DNA of 64,000 nt from Candidatus Eiseniibacteriota bacterium (GCA_963776245.1 CAVZLN010000007.1:55134-119133); one strand, 5' to 3'. Counted from the stretch's first letter, positions 1-16,057 are shown. The notes: generated by a model not told the origin, from the letters alone. A program made the numbers and translations.

Positions 1-33
1 ACGGCGCGCGCGGACCGCCGCCGCGATCCGACT

Positions 34-62
34 TGACCGCGGCGCGCGGCCGGGGCACCCTG
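34..62 (+). promoter_or_regulatory. putative sigma70 promoter for csp (TTGACC-N17-CACCCT)
   Basis: TTGACC at 34-39, 17-nt spacer, weak -10 CACCCT; GGAGGA RBS at about 105-110. Confidence 0.35.
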
Positions 63-116
63 TGGGCGCTTCGGGCGGAAGCTAGCTTTCCGTCGGCCTG
101 ACAGGGAGGAGTGTCC

Positions 117-320
117 ATGGCCCGTGGCATCGTGAAGTGGTTCAATGACCAGCGTGGCTACGGTTTCATCAGTGCGGAAGGGTCGAGCGAGGTGTTCGTC
201 CATCACTCCGCGATCGAGGGGCGAGGATTCCGCACCCTGCACGAGGGTGAGCAGGTGGAGTTCGAGCTCCGCAGCAGCGAGAGGGGCGCGGAGGCCGCGC
301 ACGTCATCAAGGTTCTCTGA
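117..320 (+). CDS. cspA: cold-shock protein (CSD family)
   Basis: [15 protein letters not shown] and [12 protein letters not shown] motifs; ATG at 117 after GGAGGA. Confidence 0.93.
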   Translation: MARGIVKWFNDQRGYGFISAEGSSEVFVHHSAIEGRGFRTLHEGEQVEFELRSSERGAEAAHVIKVL

Positions 321-487
321 AGGTTTCCACGCCCGAAGCACGCAAGGCCCGGTGCATGGCATCGGGCCGACGCGTTTCGGGCCCCCGGCCGGTGGCGGCG
401 CCCGCAGCCGGCGCTGCGGCCAGCCGGCACGACGCCCCCGCGACCCTCGCGGGGTCCCCGCTTGACACTTCTTCTATCCTGACGCCC

Positions 488-3520
<3,033 letters not shown>

Positions 3521-3524
<4 letters not shown>

Positions 3525-3980
3525 GCGACGAACCGTCCGGCGACCCGGTCGTCCGCCTGCTGCGCCTGCTCGCCGAGCGGCTCGAGGCCTACCTCGAGGG
3601 CGACGAGCTGGCGTTCGAGACCCTGGGGGAGCGGATCGAGGAGGAGGGCTGCACGGGTGACGACCTCCACGCCGCGATGCTGGTGCTGCGGAGCCTGACC
3701 GGCGAGCCGCCGGCGGGGGGCGAGGCCGACCTCGAGAGCGCGCCGGGAGAGCACGCGCAGCGCGTGCCCTCGGCCGAGGAACGCGATTCGCTGAGCACCG
3801 AGGCGTGGGGCTACCTCATCGACCTGCGCCGCCGGGGCTCGCTCACCGCGGCACAGTTCGAGCAGGTCATCGAGCGGCTCACCGATCTCGCGATCCGCCC
3901 GGTCGACGTCGAGACCGTGCGCGAGGTCGCCGCACGCATCGCGCTGCAGTTCGACGATCTCGAACATGGAGGCCCGGCTC

Positions 3981-4006
<26 letters not shown>
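3521..4006 (+). CDS. smg: Smg / DUF494 family protein
   Basis: Acidic ~160 aa protein with [22 protein letters not shown]...[11 protein letters not shown] pattern; canonical position upstream of topA; ATGA overlap with secA. Confidence 0.8.
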
Positions 4007-6570
<2,564 letters not shown>

Positions 6571-6578
<8 letters not shown>

Positions 6579-7455
6579 GGCTCTCCAGCGCTTCCTGAGC
6601 GAGCTCGCGGCCCAGCGCCGCGCCTCGCTGCACACCGTGGCGGCCTATCGCCGCGACGTCACCCGCGTGCTCGACCTCGCCGCGGGGCCCGGGAAGCCCG
6701 TGCGACCGGACGACTGGACGCGCGAACTTCTCGAGCGCGGCCTGCGCGATCTCTACCGCACCGGCCACGCCGCCTCGAGCGCCGCCCGCGCGCTCGCCGC
6801 CTGGCGCTCGTTCTCGCGCTTCTGCGCCCGCCGCGGGGTGATCGAGCGCGATCCGGCGCGCGGGCTGGCCTTCCCGCGCTTGCCGCGGCGCCTGCCGCGC
6901 ACCCTGCCCCAGCTCGACCTGAACGCGGCGCTCGATGCGCTGTCCGCGACCGACGCCGCCTCGCTGCGCGACCGCGCGCTGCTCGAGCTGCTCTATTCCT
7001 CGGGCCTTCGCCTGGCCGAACTGGTGGGACTCAATCACGGGGACCTCGATCGCGGCGCCCGGCTGGTGCGGGTGCGTGGCAAGGGCCGCCGCGAGCGCAT
7101 CGTGCCCGTGGGGCGCACCGCGCTCGCCGCGCTCGAGCGCTGGCAGGCGGTGGTCCCGCGCGCCGGCGCGCGGCCGGACAGCGCGCTGTTCCCGGGCGCC
7201 CGGGGGCCGCGGATCGCGCCGCGCTCGGTCCAGCGCATCGTGCGCGCACGGCTCGCGGGGGTGGCCGCCGGGCTCGGCGTCACCCCGCACGCGCTGCGCC
7301 ACTCGTTCGCGAGCCACCTGCTCGACCACGGCGCCGACCTGCGCGCGATCCAGGAACTGCTCGGCCACCGCTCGCTCACCAGCACGCAGGTGTACACCCA
7401 CGTCTCGCGCGCGCGGCTGCGCAAGGCGTACGAGCAGGCCCACCCGAGGGCGTGA
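6571..7455 (+). CDS. xerC: tyrosine recombinase XerC
   Basis: SLHTVAAYRRD, RDRALLELLYSSGLRLAEL, GKGRRERIVP, TPHALRHSFASHLL, LLGH..L.STQVYTH, AHPRA end; follows topA. Confidence 0.88.
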
Positions 7456-8555
7456 ACATGCGACCGGTCGCAGGCTGGGCATCGGCGGCGCCGCGCGCGC
7501 GGGCCGCGTGCGGCCTGCTCGCGCTGGTGGCGCTGGCGGGCGGCGGCGCGGGTTGCGCGAAGAAGGGGCCGCCCTCGGGCGGTCCGCCCGACCTCGAGCC
7601 TCCGCGCGTCGTGTCCTCGCTGCCCGACTCGGGCGCCGCGGGCGTGGCCCGGAACACCACGCTGGCGGTGACCTTCAGCGAGGGCATGGAGCCGCGCAGC
7701 ACCGGGGACGCGGCGGCGCTCGCGCCCCGCGTGAACATCCGCCAGCGGCGCTGGAGTGGGCGCACGCTCACGCTGGTGCTCGGCGACAGCCTCGCCGCGT
7801 CCCAGACCTACACGCTGTTCGTGGGGGGCAACGCGCGCGACCGGCACGGCAACCCGCTCGCGAGCGGTGCCACCGTGGTGTTCACGACCGCGGACTCGTT
7901 CCCGCCCGGGCGCATGGAGGGCGAGATCCAGGCGCTGGGCTTCGCGGCCGCGGGCACCTACCTGTGGTGCTACGACGCCGCCACCGGACGCCTGCCCGAC
8001 AGCACCGCGCGCGACTTCGACGCGGTGGGGCTCGCCGACCGGGACGGCCGCTTCCGGGTCACCGGGCTGCGGGTGCCCGGCCGCTGGCGCATCTGGGCGT
8101 TCGCCGACCTCAACGGCAATCGCTCGTTCGAGCCCGCGACCGATCTGCTGGTCCCCGCCGACACCGTGATCGCGCTCACCCCGGCGGCCCCGGCGGCCAC
8201 CGGGCTGGTGGTGCGCGTGGTGAACCCGCGCGCGCCGGGACGCGCGTCCGGCCGCGTGGCGGTGGTGGGGCGGATCGACAGCACGCTGACGCGGCAGATC
8301 TGGGCGGTGGCCGAGCGCGACAGTACGCACCCGCTGTCCTTCCCGGTGCATCCCGACGACACCTTCAGCTGCGCGCTCCCGGGCGGCGTCTGGCGCCTGC
8401 GCGTGTTCCTCGACGTCAATCGCGACGAGCGCTGGCAGTCCGTGACCGAGCTGGGCGGCGAGCCCCTGCGCGTGGAGGTGCCGCCCGCCATCGAGGTGAA
8501 GGACCTGGTCCTGCGCCTCGAGGCCGCCGCGGTGAAGCCCCGGGAGGGACCGTGA
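7452..8555 (+). CDS. lipoprotein with Ig-like (Big_5-type) domain
   Basis: Lipobox-like GAGC followed by AKKGPPSGGPPDLEPPRVV and VTFSE; AFADLNGN motif. Confidence 0.7.
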   Translation: MNMRPVAGWASAAPRARAACGLLALVALAGGGAGCAKKGPPSGGPPDLEPPRVVSSLPDSGAAGVARNTTLAVTFSEGMEPRSTGDAAALAPRVNIRQRRWSGRTLTLVLGDSLAASQTYTLFVGGNARDRHGNPLASGATVVFTTADSFPPGRMEGEIQALGFAAAGTYLWCYDAATGRLPDSTARDFDAVGLADRDGRFRVTGLRVPGRWRIWAFADLNGNRSFEPATDLLVPADTVIALTPAAPAATGLVVRVVNPRAPGRASGRVAVVGRIDSTLTRQIWAVAERDSTHPLSFPVHPDDTFSCALPGGVWRLRVFLDVNRDERWQSVTELGGEPLRVEVPPAIEVKDLVLRLEAAAVKPREGP

Positions 8556-9367
8556 GATTCGAGTTCTGGAAGATGCACGGAGCGGCGAACGACTTCGTCG
8601 TCATCGACCATCGCACGCCCTTCCTGCCCGCGGCGCCCGGCGCGCTGGTGGCGCGGCTGTGTGACCGCCGCCGAGGCGTGGGCGCGGACGGAGTGCTGGC
8701 GCTGGAGCGCCACGACACGCTCGACTTCCGGATGGCGTACTGGAACGCCGACGGCGGCCGCGCGGACTTCTGCGGCAACGGCGCGCGCTGCCTCGCGCGG
8801 CTGGCGCTCGACCTCGGGCTCGGGCACGACGGACGGGTGCGGTTCGCCAGCGACGCGGGCCCGCAGGAGGGGCGCTGGGCGGCCGACGGCCGCACCCTCG
8901 ATCTGCGCTTCGGCCGGGTCGACGCGCCCGGCGGGGCAGAGGTGCTGGAGGCGGGCGGGCGCCGGTTCACCGGCTGGACCGTGCTCGCGGGCGTGCCGCA
9001 CTTCGTGGTGCCGGTGGACCACGTGCGCGAGGTCCCGGTGCTCGCGTGGGGCAGGGCCCTGCGCCACCACGAGCGCTTCGGCGCGGCGGGCACCAACGTG
9101 GACTTCATCGAGGTGCTCGACCCCGGCGTGGTGGCGATGCGCACGTTCGAGCGCGGGGTGGAGGGCGAGACCCTGGCGTGCGGCAGCGGGGCGATCGCGA
9201 CGGCGCTCACGGCGGCCATCGGCGGCATGCGTCCGCCGGTCATCGTGCACACCGCCGGCGGGGACGATCTGGTGGTATCGTTCGAGACTGGCGCGGGCGG
9301 GTACGACGTGACGCTGAGCGGGCCGGCCGAGGTGGCGTTCCGGGGCACGTGGGAATCGGCGGAGTGA
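8552..9367 (+). CDS. dapF: diaminopimelate epimerase
   Basis: FWKMHGAANDF, GVGADG, FCGNGARC, TNVDF, RTFERGVEGETLACGSG; GTG at 8552. Confidence 0.93.
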   Translation: MRFEFWKMHGAANDFVVIDHRTPFLPAAPGALVARLCDRRRGVGADGVLALERHDTLDFRMAYWNADGGRADFCGNGARCLARLALDLGLGHDGRVRFASDAGPQEGRWAADGRTLDLRFGRVDAPGGAEVLEAGGRRFTGWTVLAGVPHFVVPVDHVREVPVLAWGRALRHHERFGAAGTNVDFIEVLDPGVVAMRTFERGVEGETLACGSGAIATALTAAIGGMRPPVIVHTAGGDDLVVSFETGAGGYDVTLSGPAEVAFRGTWESAE

Positions 9368-9410
9368 GGTCGCGCGGGCGCCCGGGCGATCCACGACCGA
9401 GGAGGGACCG

Positions 9411-10304
9411 ATGTTCGAAGGACTGACGGTGGCGATGGTGACGCCCTTCGCGGACGGAGCGCTCGATCTCGAGAGCACCGGGCGACTGGTGGAGTTCATG
9501 CTCGAGGGCGGGGTCGAGGGCCTGGTGGTCTCGGGCTCGACCGGCGAGGCGGCGACCTGCACGGTGGAAGAGCGCCGCCGCCTGTGGGCGTTCGTGAAGG
9601 AGCGCGCGCGCGGCCGCTGCGCGGTGATCGCCGGCACCGGCACCAACGACACCGCGGCGAGCATCGAGCTCACGCGCATGGCCGAGGAGCTCGCGCTCGA
9701 CGGCGTGATGGTGGTGACGCCGTTCTACAACAAGCCGACGCCGAAGGGACAGATCGCGCATTTCACCGCGGTCGCGGCGAGCACCCGGCTCCCGGTGATC
9801 CTCTACAACGTGCCGGGGCGCACCGGGACCAACACGCTGCCCGACACCTTCGCGCAGACCCAGGCGGCCGCGAACATCGTCGCCATCAAGGAGGCCTCGG
9901 GCAGCCTCGACCAGGCCAGCGCGCTGTGCGCGAAGACGCGCTTCACCATCCTCTCGGGCGACGATTCGCTCACCCTGCCGATGATCGCGGTGGGAGCGCA
10001 GGGCGTGATCTCGGTGGCCGGCAACGTCGCGCCGCGGGCGATGCGCACGCTCTGCGACCATGCGCGCGCCGGACGGGCACGCGAGGCCGAGGCCGCTCAC
10101 CGCGCGCTCGCGCCGCTGTTCAAGGCGCTGTTCATCGAGTCGAACCCGGCGCCCGCCAAGTTCCTGCTGGCCGCGATGGGGCTGATCCGGAACGAGCTGC
10201 GCCTTCCGCTGGTGCCGATCGAACCGGCGAGCGAGAGCGCGGTCCTCGCGGCGGCGCGCGCCTGCGGCGTGGCGCTCGCCGCCGGAGCCGGAGCGCGCGC
10301 GTGA
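9411..10304 (+). CDS. dapA: 4-hydroxy-tetrahydrodipicolinate synthase
   Basis: AMVTPF, GSTGE, YNKP, LYNVPGRTG, IKEASG, SGDD, ESNP. Confidence 0.95.
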   Translation: MFEGLTVAMVTPFADGALDLESTGRLVEFMLEGGVEGLVVSGSTGEAATCTVEERRRLWAFVKERARGRCAVIAGTGTNDTAASIELTRMAEELALDGVMVVTPFYNKPTPKGQIAHFTAVAASTRLPVILYNVPGRTGTNTLPDTFAQTQAAANIVAIKEASGSLDQASALCAKTRFTILSGDDSLTLPMIAVGAQGVISVAGNVAPRAMRTLCDHARAGRAREAEAAHRALAPLFKALFIESNPAPAKFLLAAMGLIRNELRLPLVPIEPASESAVLAAARACGVALAAGAGARA

Positions 10305-11056
10305 TCGCCCTGGCGCTCGCCGGCGCGGCCGGGCGCATGGGCCGGGCGGTGGAGCGCGCCGCCGCCGAGGCCGGCGGGTTCACGGTGCGCGCGCGCATCG
10401 ACCGTGCGGCGGACGCCACACCCGGGTGGAGCCGGGACGCCGAGTCCATCGTCGGCGGCGACGTGGTGGTGGACTTCAGCGCGCCGGAGCTGCTCCGGCT
10501 GGTGGCGGCACGCTGCGCGGAGGTGGGCGCGCCGCTGGTCACCGGCACCACCGGGCTCGGCCCGGGTGAGGACCGCGCGCTGACCGAGGCGGCGCGACGC
10601 GTGGCGGTGCTGCGAGCGGCCAACTTCAGCCTCGGCGTGCTGGCGCTGCGCCGCGCTCTGGCGGCCGCGCTCGCCGCGGTGCCGGGGTCGTGGGACATCG
10701 AGATCGTGGAGCGCCACCATCGCATGAAGGCCGACAGCCCCTCGGGCACCGCGCTGCTGCTGGCGGGCGACGCGGCCCGGACGCGCGAGCTTCCCGGCGG
10801 CGCGCTGCGGCACGGCCGCGAGGGCCGCGTGGGGGCGCGCCCGGCCGCCGAGATCGGAGTGCACGCGGTGCGCGGAGGCACCTGGGTGGGGGACCACGCG
10901 GTGCTGCTGGCGGGGGAGGGCGAGTGGCTCGAGCTGCGCCACGTGGCCCAGGACCGCGCGGCGTTCGCGCACGGCGCGCTCGCAGCCGCACGATTCGTGG
11001 TGCAGGCCCCGCCGGGGCTCTATACACTCGAGGATGTCGTCGCAGGCCGCGCCTAG
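10301..11056 (+). CDS. dapB: 4-hydroxy-tetrahydrodipicolinate reductase
   Basis: GAAGRMG, VTGTTG, ANFSLG, EIVERHHRMKADSPSGTA, R..FAHGAL; GTGA overlap with dapA. Confidence 0.93.
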   Translation: MIALALAGAAGRMGRAVERAAAEAGGFTVRARIDRAADATPGWSRDAESIVGGDVVVDFSAPELLRLVAARCAEVGAPLVTGTTGLGPGEDRALTEAARRVAVLRAANFSLGVLALRRALAAALAAVPGSWDIEIVERHHRMKADSPSGTALLLAGDAARTRELPGGALRHGREGRVGARPAAEIGVHAVRGGTWVGDHAVLLAGEGEWLELRHVAQDRAAFAHGALAAARFVVQAPPGLYTLEDVVAGRA

Positions 11057-11156
11057 TCGCCGCCGGTGCGTCCCCGCCCCTCGGGGCGGGCGGGCCCACC
11101 GGCGGCACCGGGCGGCGGGTCCGGGGACCGCGCACCCACCCCGTTCGGGGCTCTCC

Positions 11157-13958
11157 ATGCATCTGGCGCGCCTGGCGCTCCTGCTGGCTTCCATCCTCGC
11201 GATCCTCGGCGTGGCCGCGCCGCCCGCCGCCCGGGCGCAGTCGTTCGGGAAGAACAAGGTCCAGTACGAGTCCCTCGACTGGACGGTGTTCGAGACCGCG
11301 CACGTGCGGCTCCACCACTACGCCGAGGAGGAGAGCCTCGCGCGGCGGCTCTCCGCCTATGCCGAGAGCGTGTGCGTGGAGTACGACGCGCGGTTCCGCG
11401 TCACCCCGAGGTCGCGGGTGCCGTTCCTGCTCTACTCGGCGCACAACCTGTTCCAGCAGACCAACGCGGCCGCGGGTCTCATCTCCGAGGGCACCGGCGG
11501 GCTCACCGAGCTCATCAAGGGCCGCGTGCTCATCCCGCACACCGGCTCGTGGGCGCGGCTGGCGTGGGTGACGCGCCACGAGCTGGCGCACTGGTACATG
11601 CTCGAGAAGCTCGCGCGCGTGATGAAGGACCACCACCGCGCCCAGGGCTCGCTGCCGCCGCTGTGGTTCGTCGAGGGGCTGGCGGAGTACTTCGGCACCA
11701 CGTGGGACGCCGAGGCCGAGGGGCTGATGCGCGACGCGGTGCTCTCGGGCGAGGCCGTGCCGCTCGGGCGCAGCGAGTCGATCTGGGGCTCGGTCCTCAT
11801 GTACAAGGAGGGCCAGTCGTTCATGCTGTGGTTCGCCGCGCGCTACGGCGAGTCGCGGCTCATCGGCCTGCTCGAGGACTGGTGGCGCGCCGACGACTTC
11901 GAGACCGTCTTCCGCATCACCCTCGGGGAGCGCTTCGCCGACGCCGACGAGCGCTGGTTCACCGACGTGCGGCGGCATTTCTACCCCGCGATCGCGACCA
12001 CCGACGCGGTCGCCGACACGGCGCGCCGATGGACGCCGCACGGCCGCTACAATCTCGGCGCGCGCGTGCTGCCCGCCGCCGCGCCGGGCGACACGGCGCT
12101 GCGATTCTGCTGGTTCGCGGCCTCCGAGAGCGGGATCGACCTGCGGCTCAGCGAGCCGGGCCCGGGCGGGCGGCGTCGCGAGCACCGGCTGGTGCGCGGC
12201 TACCAGTCCCCGCGCTTCGAATCGTTCCACCTGTTCCAGAACCGGCCCGGCGCCTCGCCCGGAGGGCTCGTGGTGCTCTCCTCCAAGCGCGGCGGACGGG
12301 ACTGCATCCACGTGGTCGACGCCCGCGCGCGCCGCGTCGTGCGCACCGTGGACCTGCCGTCGCTGGTGATGGTCACCGATCCGGTCTTCTGCTGCGCCGA
12401 CTCCGCGGTGGTGTTCTCGGCGCAGGACCGCAGCGGACGCAGCGACCTGTATCGCCTGTGGTGGCGGTCCCCCGAGCGCCTCGAACGACTGACCGACGAC
12501 GACTACGACGATCTCGAGCCGTCGGTCTCCCCGGACGGCGGCTGGGTGGCGTTCGCCTCGGACCGCGGGGCGCGCGGCGGGCGCTACTCGCTGTTCCGCC
12601 TGTCGCTCGCGGACGGCCGGGTGGAGACGCTGAGCCAGCCGCCGGCCGGCGACGATCGTCAGCCGGTGTACTCGCACGACGGCCGCTGGCTGGCGTTCCG
12701 GTCGACGCGCGGGGGCACCAGCGACCTGTGGGTGCGCCCGGCCGGACCCGCGCGCGAGGCCCGCCGGGTGACTCGGCTGCGCGGGCCGGCGACCGACCCC
12801 GACTGGCTGGCCGACGGCCGGGGGCTGCTGTTCACCGGGCAGGAGGCGCTCAGGTTCCAGGCGTACGCGGTGCGTTTCGATCCCGATTCGCTGCGCGCGG
12901 AGCCCGAGTCGCTCGCGGCGCCGGCGGTGGAGCCGCCGGTGGTGATGCACACCGGCGCCCCGCGGCGATACCAGCGGCGCGTCGCGCTCGATCTGGTCCA
13001 GAACGCCATCGCCTACGACCCGGTGCTGGGGGGCGGGGCGGGAGTGGGGCAGCTCACGCTCAGCGACGTGCTGGGGAACGAGCGCTGGTACCTGTTCCTC
13101 GCCAACGACTCCGAGCGCTTCGGGGACTTCTGGGACGGCTTCCAGGCGGGTGTCACGTACATCAACCAGACCCGCCGTCTCAACTACGGTGTCGGGCTGT
13201 TCCGGCTCACCGAGCAGTACGACGCCGATCTCGACATCATCCGGCGCGAGAAGCGCGTCGGCATGCTGGCGCTGGCCTCGTACCCTTTCGACAAGTTCAC
13301 GCGCATCGAGGCCTCGGCCGTGGTCCGCCACGCCAGCGATCATCTGCTGCGCGACGGGCGCGTGCTGAACCCGGACCTGGTCTCCAACTTCCTCACGCTG
13401 GTGCGCGACAACGTCGGCTGGTCCTCGCTCGGTCCCTCGAGCGGGCTGCGCGCCTTTCTGTCCGCGGGATACACGCGCGATCTGAGCTCGGGGGCCGCGG
13501 ACTTCGGCACCCTCATGGCCGAGGCGCGCCAGTACGTGAACCCGGCCTCCGGGCTCGTGCTGGCCGCCCGCGCGCAGGGCCTGGCGAGCCTCGGCCGCGA
13601 TTCCCAGCGGTTCTACCTTGGCGGACGATCGACGCTGCGCGGCTGGGACCGGCGGGAGCTGGCGGGGCTGCAGACCCTGCTGCTCCAGCAGGAGTCGCGT
13701 TTCCCGCTGGTGCGCGGGCTGATGCTCGCCCTGCCGGTGCCATGGGAGTTCCCGGCCATCCAGGGCGCGTCCTTCGTCGACGCGGCGTGGGGGTGGGAGG
13801 GCCGCTACCGCGAGCGCCGCGGCAGCGCCGGAGTGGCGGTGTACGTCGGCGGAGCCTACTTCCCGGCGATCCGCTGGAACTTCGCCTGGACCACCACCGA
13901 CTTCGTGCGCTGGACGCGGCGCCCGCGGATGCAGTTCGATTTCGGCTTCAACTACTGA
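11157..13958 (+). CDS. exported gluzincin peptidase + PD40/TolB-like propeller + Omp85/BamA-type barrel protein
   Basis: Signal peptide then QSFGKNKVQY; HELAH and WFVEGLAEY; SPDGGWVAFASDR and SHDGRWLAFRSTR repeats; LGGRSTLRGW and aromatic C-terminus. Confidence 0.75.
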   Translation: MHLARLALLLASILAILGVAAPPAARAQSFGKNKVQYESLDWTVFETAHVRLHHYAEEESLARRLSAYAESVCVEYDARFRVTPRSRVPFLLYSAHNLFQQTNAAAGLISEGTGGLTELIKGRVLIPHTGSWARLAWVTRHELAHWYMLEKLARVMKDHHRAQGSLPPLWFVEGLAEYFGTTWDAEAEGLMRDAVLSGEAVPLGRSESIWGSVLMYKEGQSFMLWFAARYGESRLIGLLEDWWRADDFETVFRITLGERFADADERWFTDVRRHFYPAIATTDAVADTARRWTPHGRYNLGARVLPAAAPGDTALRFCWFAASESGIDLRLSEPGPGGRRREHRLVRGYQSPRFESFHLFQNRPGASPGGLVVLSSKRGGRDCIHVVDARARRVVRTVDLPSLVMVTDPVFCCADSAVVFSAQDRSGRSDLYRLWWRSPERLERLTDDDYDDLEPSVSPDGGWVAFASDRGARGGRYSLFRLSLADGRVETLSQPPAGDDRQPVYSHDGRWLAFRSTRGGTSDLWVRPAGPAREARRVTRLRGPATDPDWLADGRGLLFTGQEALRFQAYAVRFDPDSLRAEPESLAAPAVEPPVVMHTGAPRRYQRRVALDLVQNAIAYDPVLGGGAGVGQLTLSDVLGNERWYLFLANDSERFGDFWDGFQAGVTYINQTRRLNYGVGLFRLTEQYDADLDIIRREKRVGMLALASYPFDKFTRIEASAVVRHASDHLLRDGRVLNPDLVSNFLTLVRDNVGWSSLGPSSGLRAFLSAGYTRDLSSGAADFGTLMAEARQYVNPASGLVLAARAQGLASLGRDSQRFYLGGRSTLRGWDRRELAGLQTLLLQQESRFPLVRGLMLALPVPWEFPAIQGASFVDAAWGWEGRYRERRGSAGVAVYVGGAYFPAIRWNFAWTTTDFVRWTRRPRMQFDFGFNY

Positions 13959-13973
13959 GGCGCGGCTCGGTCG

Positions 13974-15227
13974 CTAGGGTCCCGAGCCGTCCAGCGCGAT
14001 GCTCCAGGGCAGGGCGAGCCCGGACACGCTCTCGAGCACGGCGCCGGCGGGAGAGATGCGCACCACGCGGCCCGCCCCGCTCACCACCGCCCAGGCTTCG
14101 CCGCTGGCGAGATCCACCGCCACGGCGCGGGCGCCCGGCAGGCCGGTGACGCGGAACTGCACCGTGCCGCTGCGGTCGAGCGCCACCACCGCGCCCGCGC
14201 CCGGGTCGGCGACCCAGATCCGGCCGCGGCGGTGGTCGATGCCGATCCCGACCGGGCCGACGAACCCGCGGAGGGTGTCGAGCGGCGTCAGCGACGACGA
14301 GAGCCGCACCACCTGGCCGAGGCTGAACGAGCTCACCCATACCACGCGGGTGAGCGAGTCCATGGCGAGGCGCGACGGCAGCATCACGGCCGCGAGGCCG
14401 AGCTGCACGCCATCGGCCGAGAAGCGGCGGACCGCGTTGCCGGCCCGCTCGCACACCCATACGGAACGGTCGGCGGGATCGACGGCGACGCCGAGCGGCT
14501 CGTCGAGCGAGCCGATCGAGGACGGGGTGGCGGGGAGTCCGTTCGGCCGGAGGTGGCGCAGCTGGGACGCCGCTTCGTCGCACACCCAGACCGCGTGGTC
14601 CAACGGGTCCACCGCGAGGGCGCCGGGTCGCCGGAAGCCATCCACCCGCAGGGGCACCGGTGCGCCGGGAGCGACGGCGACCACGCTCCCGGTGCCGTCG
14701 TCGGTGCACCACACCACTCCCGATCCCGGGTCCACGGTGACCTCGGCGGGGGAGCCGAAGCCGGTGACGCTCTCCGCGACGTATCGTCCGTCGGCCGTGA
14801 ACCGGAGCAGCGCGCCGGCGTCGAAGTCGGTCGCCCACGCACGCGCCCGCCCGGGCGTGGCATGGTCCTCGGCGGGCAGGCCGCCCACGCCCGCGGCGAA
14901 CACGTGGTAGAGCCGGTACTCGTAGAGCGTGCCGTTCGCGAGACCGAGGTCCACGAACCCTGCCGAGCCGGGGGGGAAGGTGGACCCCAGCGGCGTGAAG
15001 GCCGCCTGTCCGGCCGCGCGTCGCTGGAGCTGGAACCCCACCAGCCCGGAGGCGTTCGACGAGGCCCAGCGCAGCCGCACGAACGTGTTCTCCGCCAGCG
15101 CCATGAATCCCGCCGGACGACCGCCGGTGGAGGGATTGGCGGGGTCGAAGGGGTTCGCGTGCTCGCGTCGACTGCAGCCGGCGAGCAGCGCGAGCGCCGC
15201 GATCAGAAGCGCAGCGCGAGCGCGCAT
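13974..15227 (-). CDS. lipoprotein with FN3-like domain and NHL/YVTN-type beta-propeller
   Basis: LLAGC lipobox, NPFDPANP, FN3-like VRLRW...YEYRL, repeated P..LAVDP....VWV.D units. Confidence 0.7.
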   Translation of the reverse strand: MRARAALLIAALALLAGCSRREHANPFDPANPSTGGRPAGFMALAENTFVRLRWASSNASGLVGFQLQRRAAGQAAFTPLGSTFPPGSAGFVDLGLANGTLYEYRLYHVFAAGVGGLPAEDHATPGRARAWATDFDAGALLRFTADGRYVAESVTGFGSPAEVTVDPGSGVVWCTDDGTGSVVAVAPGAPVPLRVDGFRRPGALAVDPLDHAVWVCDEAASQLRHLRPNGLPATPSSIGSLDEPLGVAVDPADRSVWVCERAGNAVRRFSADGVQLGLAAVMLPSRLAMDSLTRVVWVSSFSLGQVVRLSSSLTPLDTLRGFVGPVGIGIDHRRGRIWVADPGAGAVVALDRSGTVQFRVTGLPGARAVAVDLASGEAWAVVSGAGRVVRISPAGAVLESVSGLALPWSIALDGSGP

Positions 15228-15709
15228 CGCCGTGGCCCCGCGTCGAGGGCGACGCGCCCGGGCGCCGGATGCCGGATGAAGCGCATCCACAGCCCGGTCG
15301 CGACGAGCGCCTCGCCGCCGAGGAGCGCGGCGCTCGAGAGCCGGTCATAGTGGGCCGCGCGGTCGTACAGGGCCGCGATCAGACCGGGCTCGGTGGCGCG
15401 CAGGTAGTCCCCGTAGGTCCGGTTCGCGCGCGCCTGCCACGCGAACGAGGTTCCCACCAGCCCGGCGCCCGCGGCCAGGGTGAGGTAGGCGCCGAGGTGG
15501 GAGTGGGCCGGCGCCGGGTACCGCAACGGCACGATCGGGAAGGGCGAGGGGGAGGATGGCACGTGCGCCGCGGCGCCGGCGGGGGCCGCGGGCGGCGCGA
15601 GGTGGGCCTCGAGTGCGACGGCCGCCCGCGCGGAGGCGCAGGCGGCCGGGAGGGGCATCAGATCGAGCACGAGGGCCGTGACGAGCGCGGTCGCGAGACG
15701 CGGCATCAT
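15203..15709 (-). CDS. hypothetical exported/membrane protein
   Basis: Signal-like N-terminus and two hydrophobic segments; lies between rpsT and the lipoprotein gene. Confidence 0.55.
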   Translation of the reverse strand: MMPRLATALVTALVLDLMPLPAACASARAAVALEAHLAPPAAPAGAAAHVPSSPSPFPIVPLRYPAPAHSHLGAYLTLAAGAGLVGTSFAWQARANRTYGDYLRATEPGLIAALYDRAAHYDRLSSAALLGGEALVATGLWMRFIRHPAPGRVALDAGPRRCALALRF

Positions 15710-15726
15710 GCGGTCAGGCTCGGGTC

Positions 15727-15984
15727 TCAGGTCGACAGCTTGGACGCGAACTTCGCCAGGCGGGACTTCTGGCGGTTCGCGGTCTCCTTCTTGATCATGC
15801 CCTTGGCGGCGGTCCGGTCGAGGATGGTGACGGCCTTCATGTAGGCGGCCTGGGCCTCGGTCCGGGTGGTGGCCTCGCGTACGGCTTTCACGGCGGCGCG
15901 CATGCGGGAGCGGGCAGCCACGTTGCGCTGGCGAGCCTTCTCGTTGGTGAGGACGCGCTTGGCCGCGGACTTGTGATGCGGCAT
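15727..15984 (-). CDS. rpsT: 30S ribosomal protein S20
   Basis: HKSAAKRV...RQRN...LDRTAAKGMIKKETANRQKSRL; GGAGG RBS. Confidence 0.95.
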   Translation of the reverse strand: MPHHKSAAKRVLTNEKARQRNVAARSRMRAAVKAVREATTRTEAQAAYMKAVTILDRTAAKGMIKKETANRQKSRLAKFASKLST

Positions 15985-16027
15985 TCATCCCTCCTTGAGG
16001 ATCGTCGGATCTCGGATTAGCCCGCGG

Positions 16028-16057
16028 ACATTACGACCCGCACGGAACCCCTGTCAA
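16028..16057 (-). promoter_or_regulatory. sigma70 promoter of rpsT (TTGACA-N18-TAATGT)
   Basis: Near-consensus hexamers upstream of rpsT, divergent from uvrC. Confidence 0.6.

Noticed and set aside
6935-9367. Long ORF-track proteins suggesting N-terminal fusions to DapF (likewise DapB, XerD, the bEBP, XseA, TrpG)
   Set aside because: The upstream parts are off-frame read-through of neighbouring genes; the real starts sit at stop/start overlaps.
11021-11156. Leaderless start at ATG 11034 behind TACACT in the dapB 3' end
   Set aside because: Spacing is only 5 nt and it would put 41 non-signal residues before a clear signal peptide at 11157; at most a promoter.
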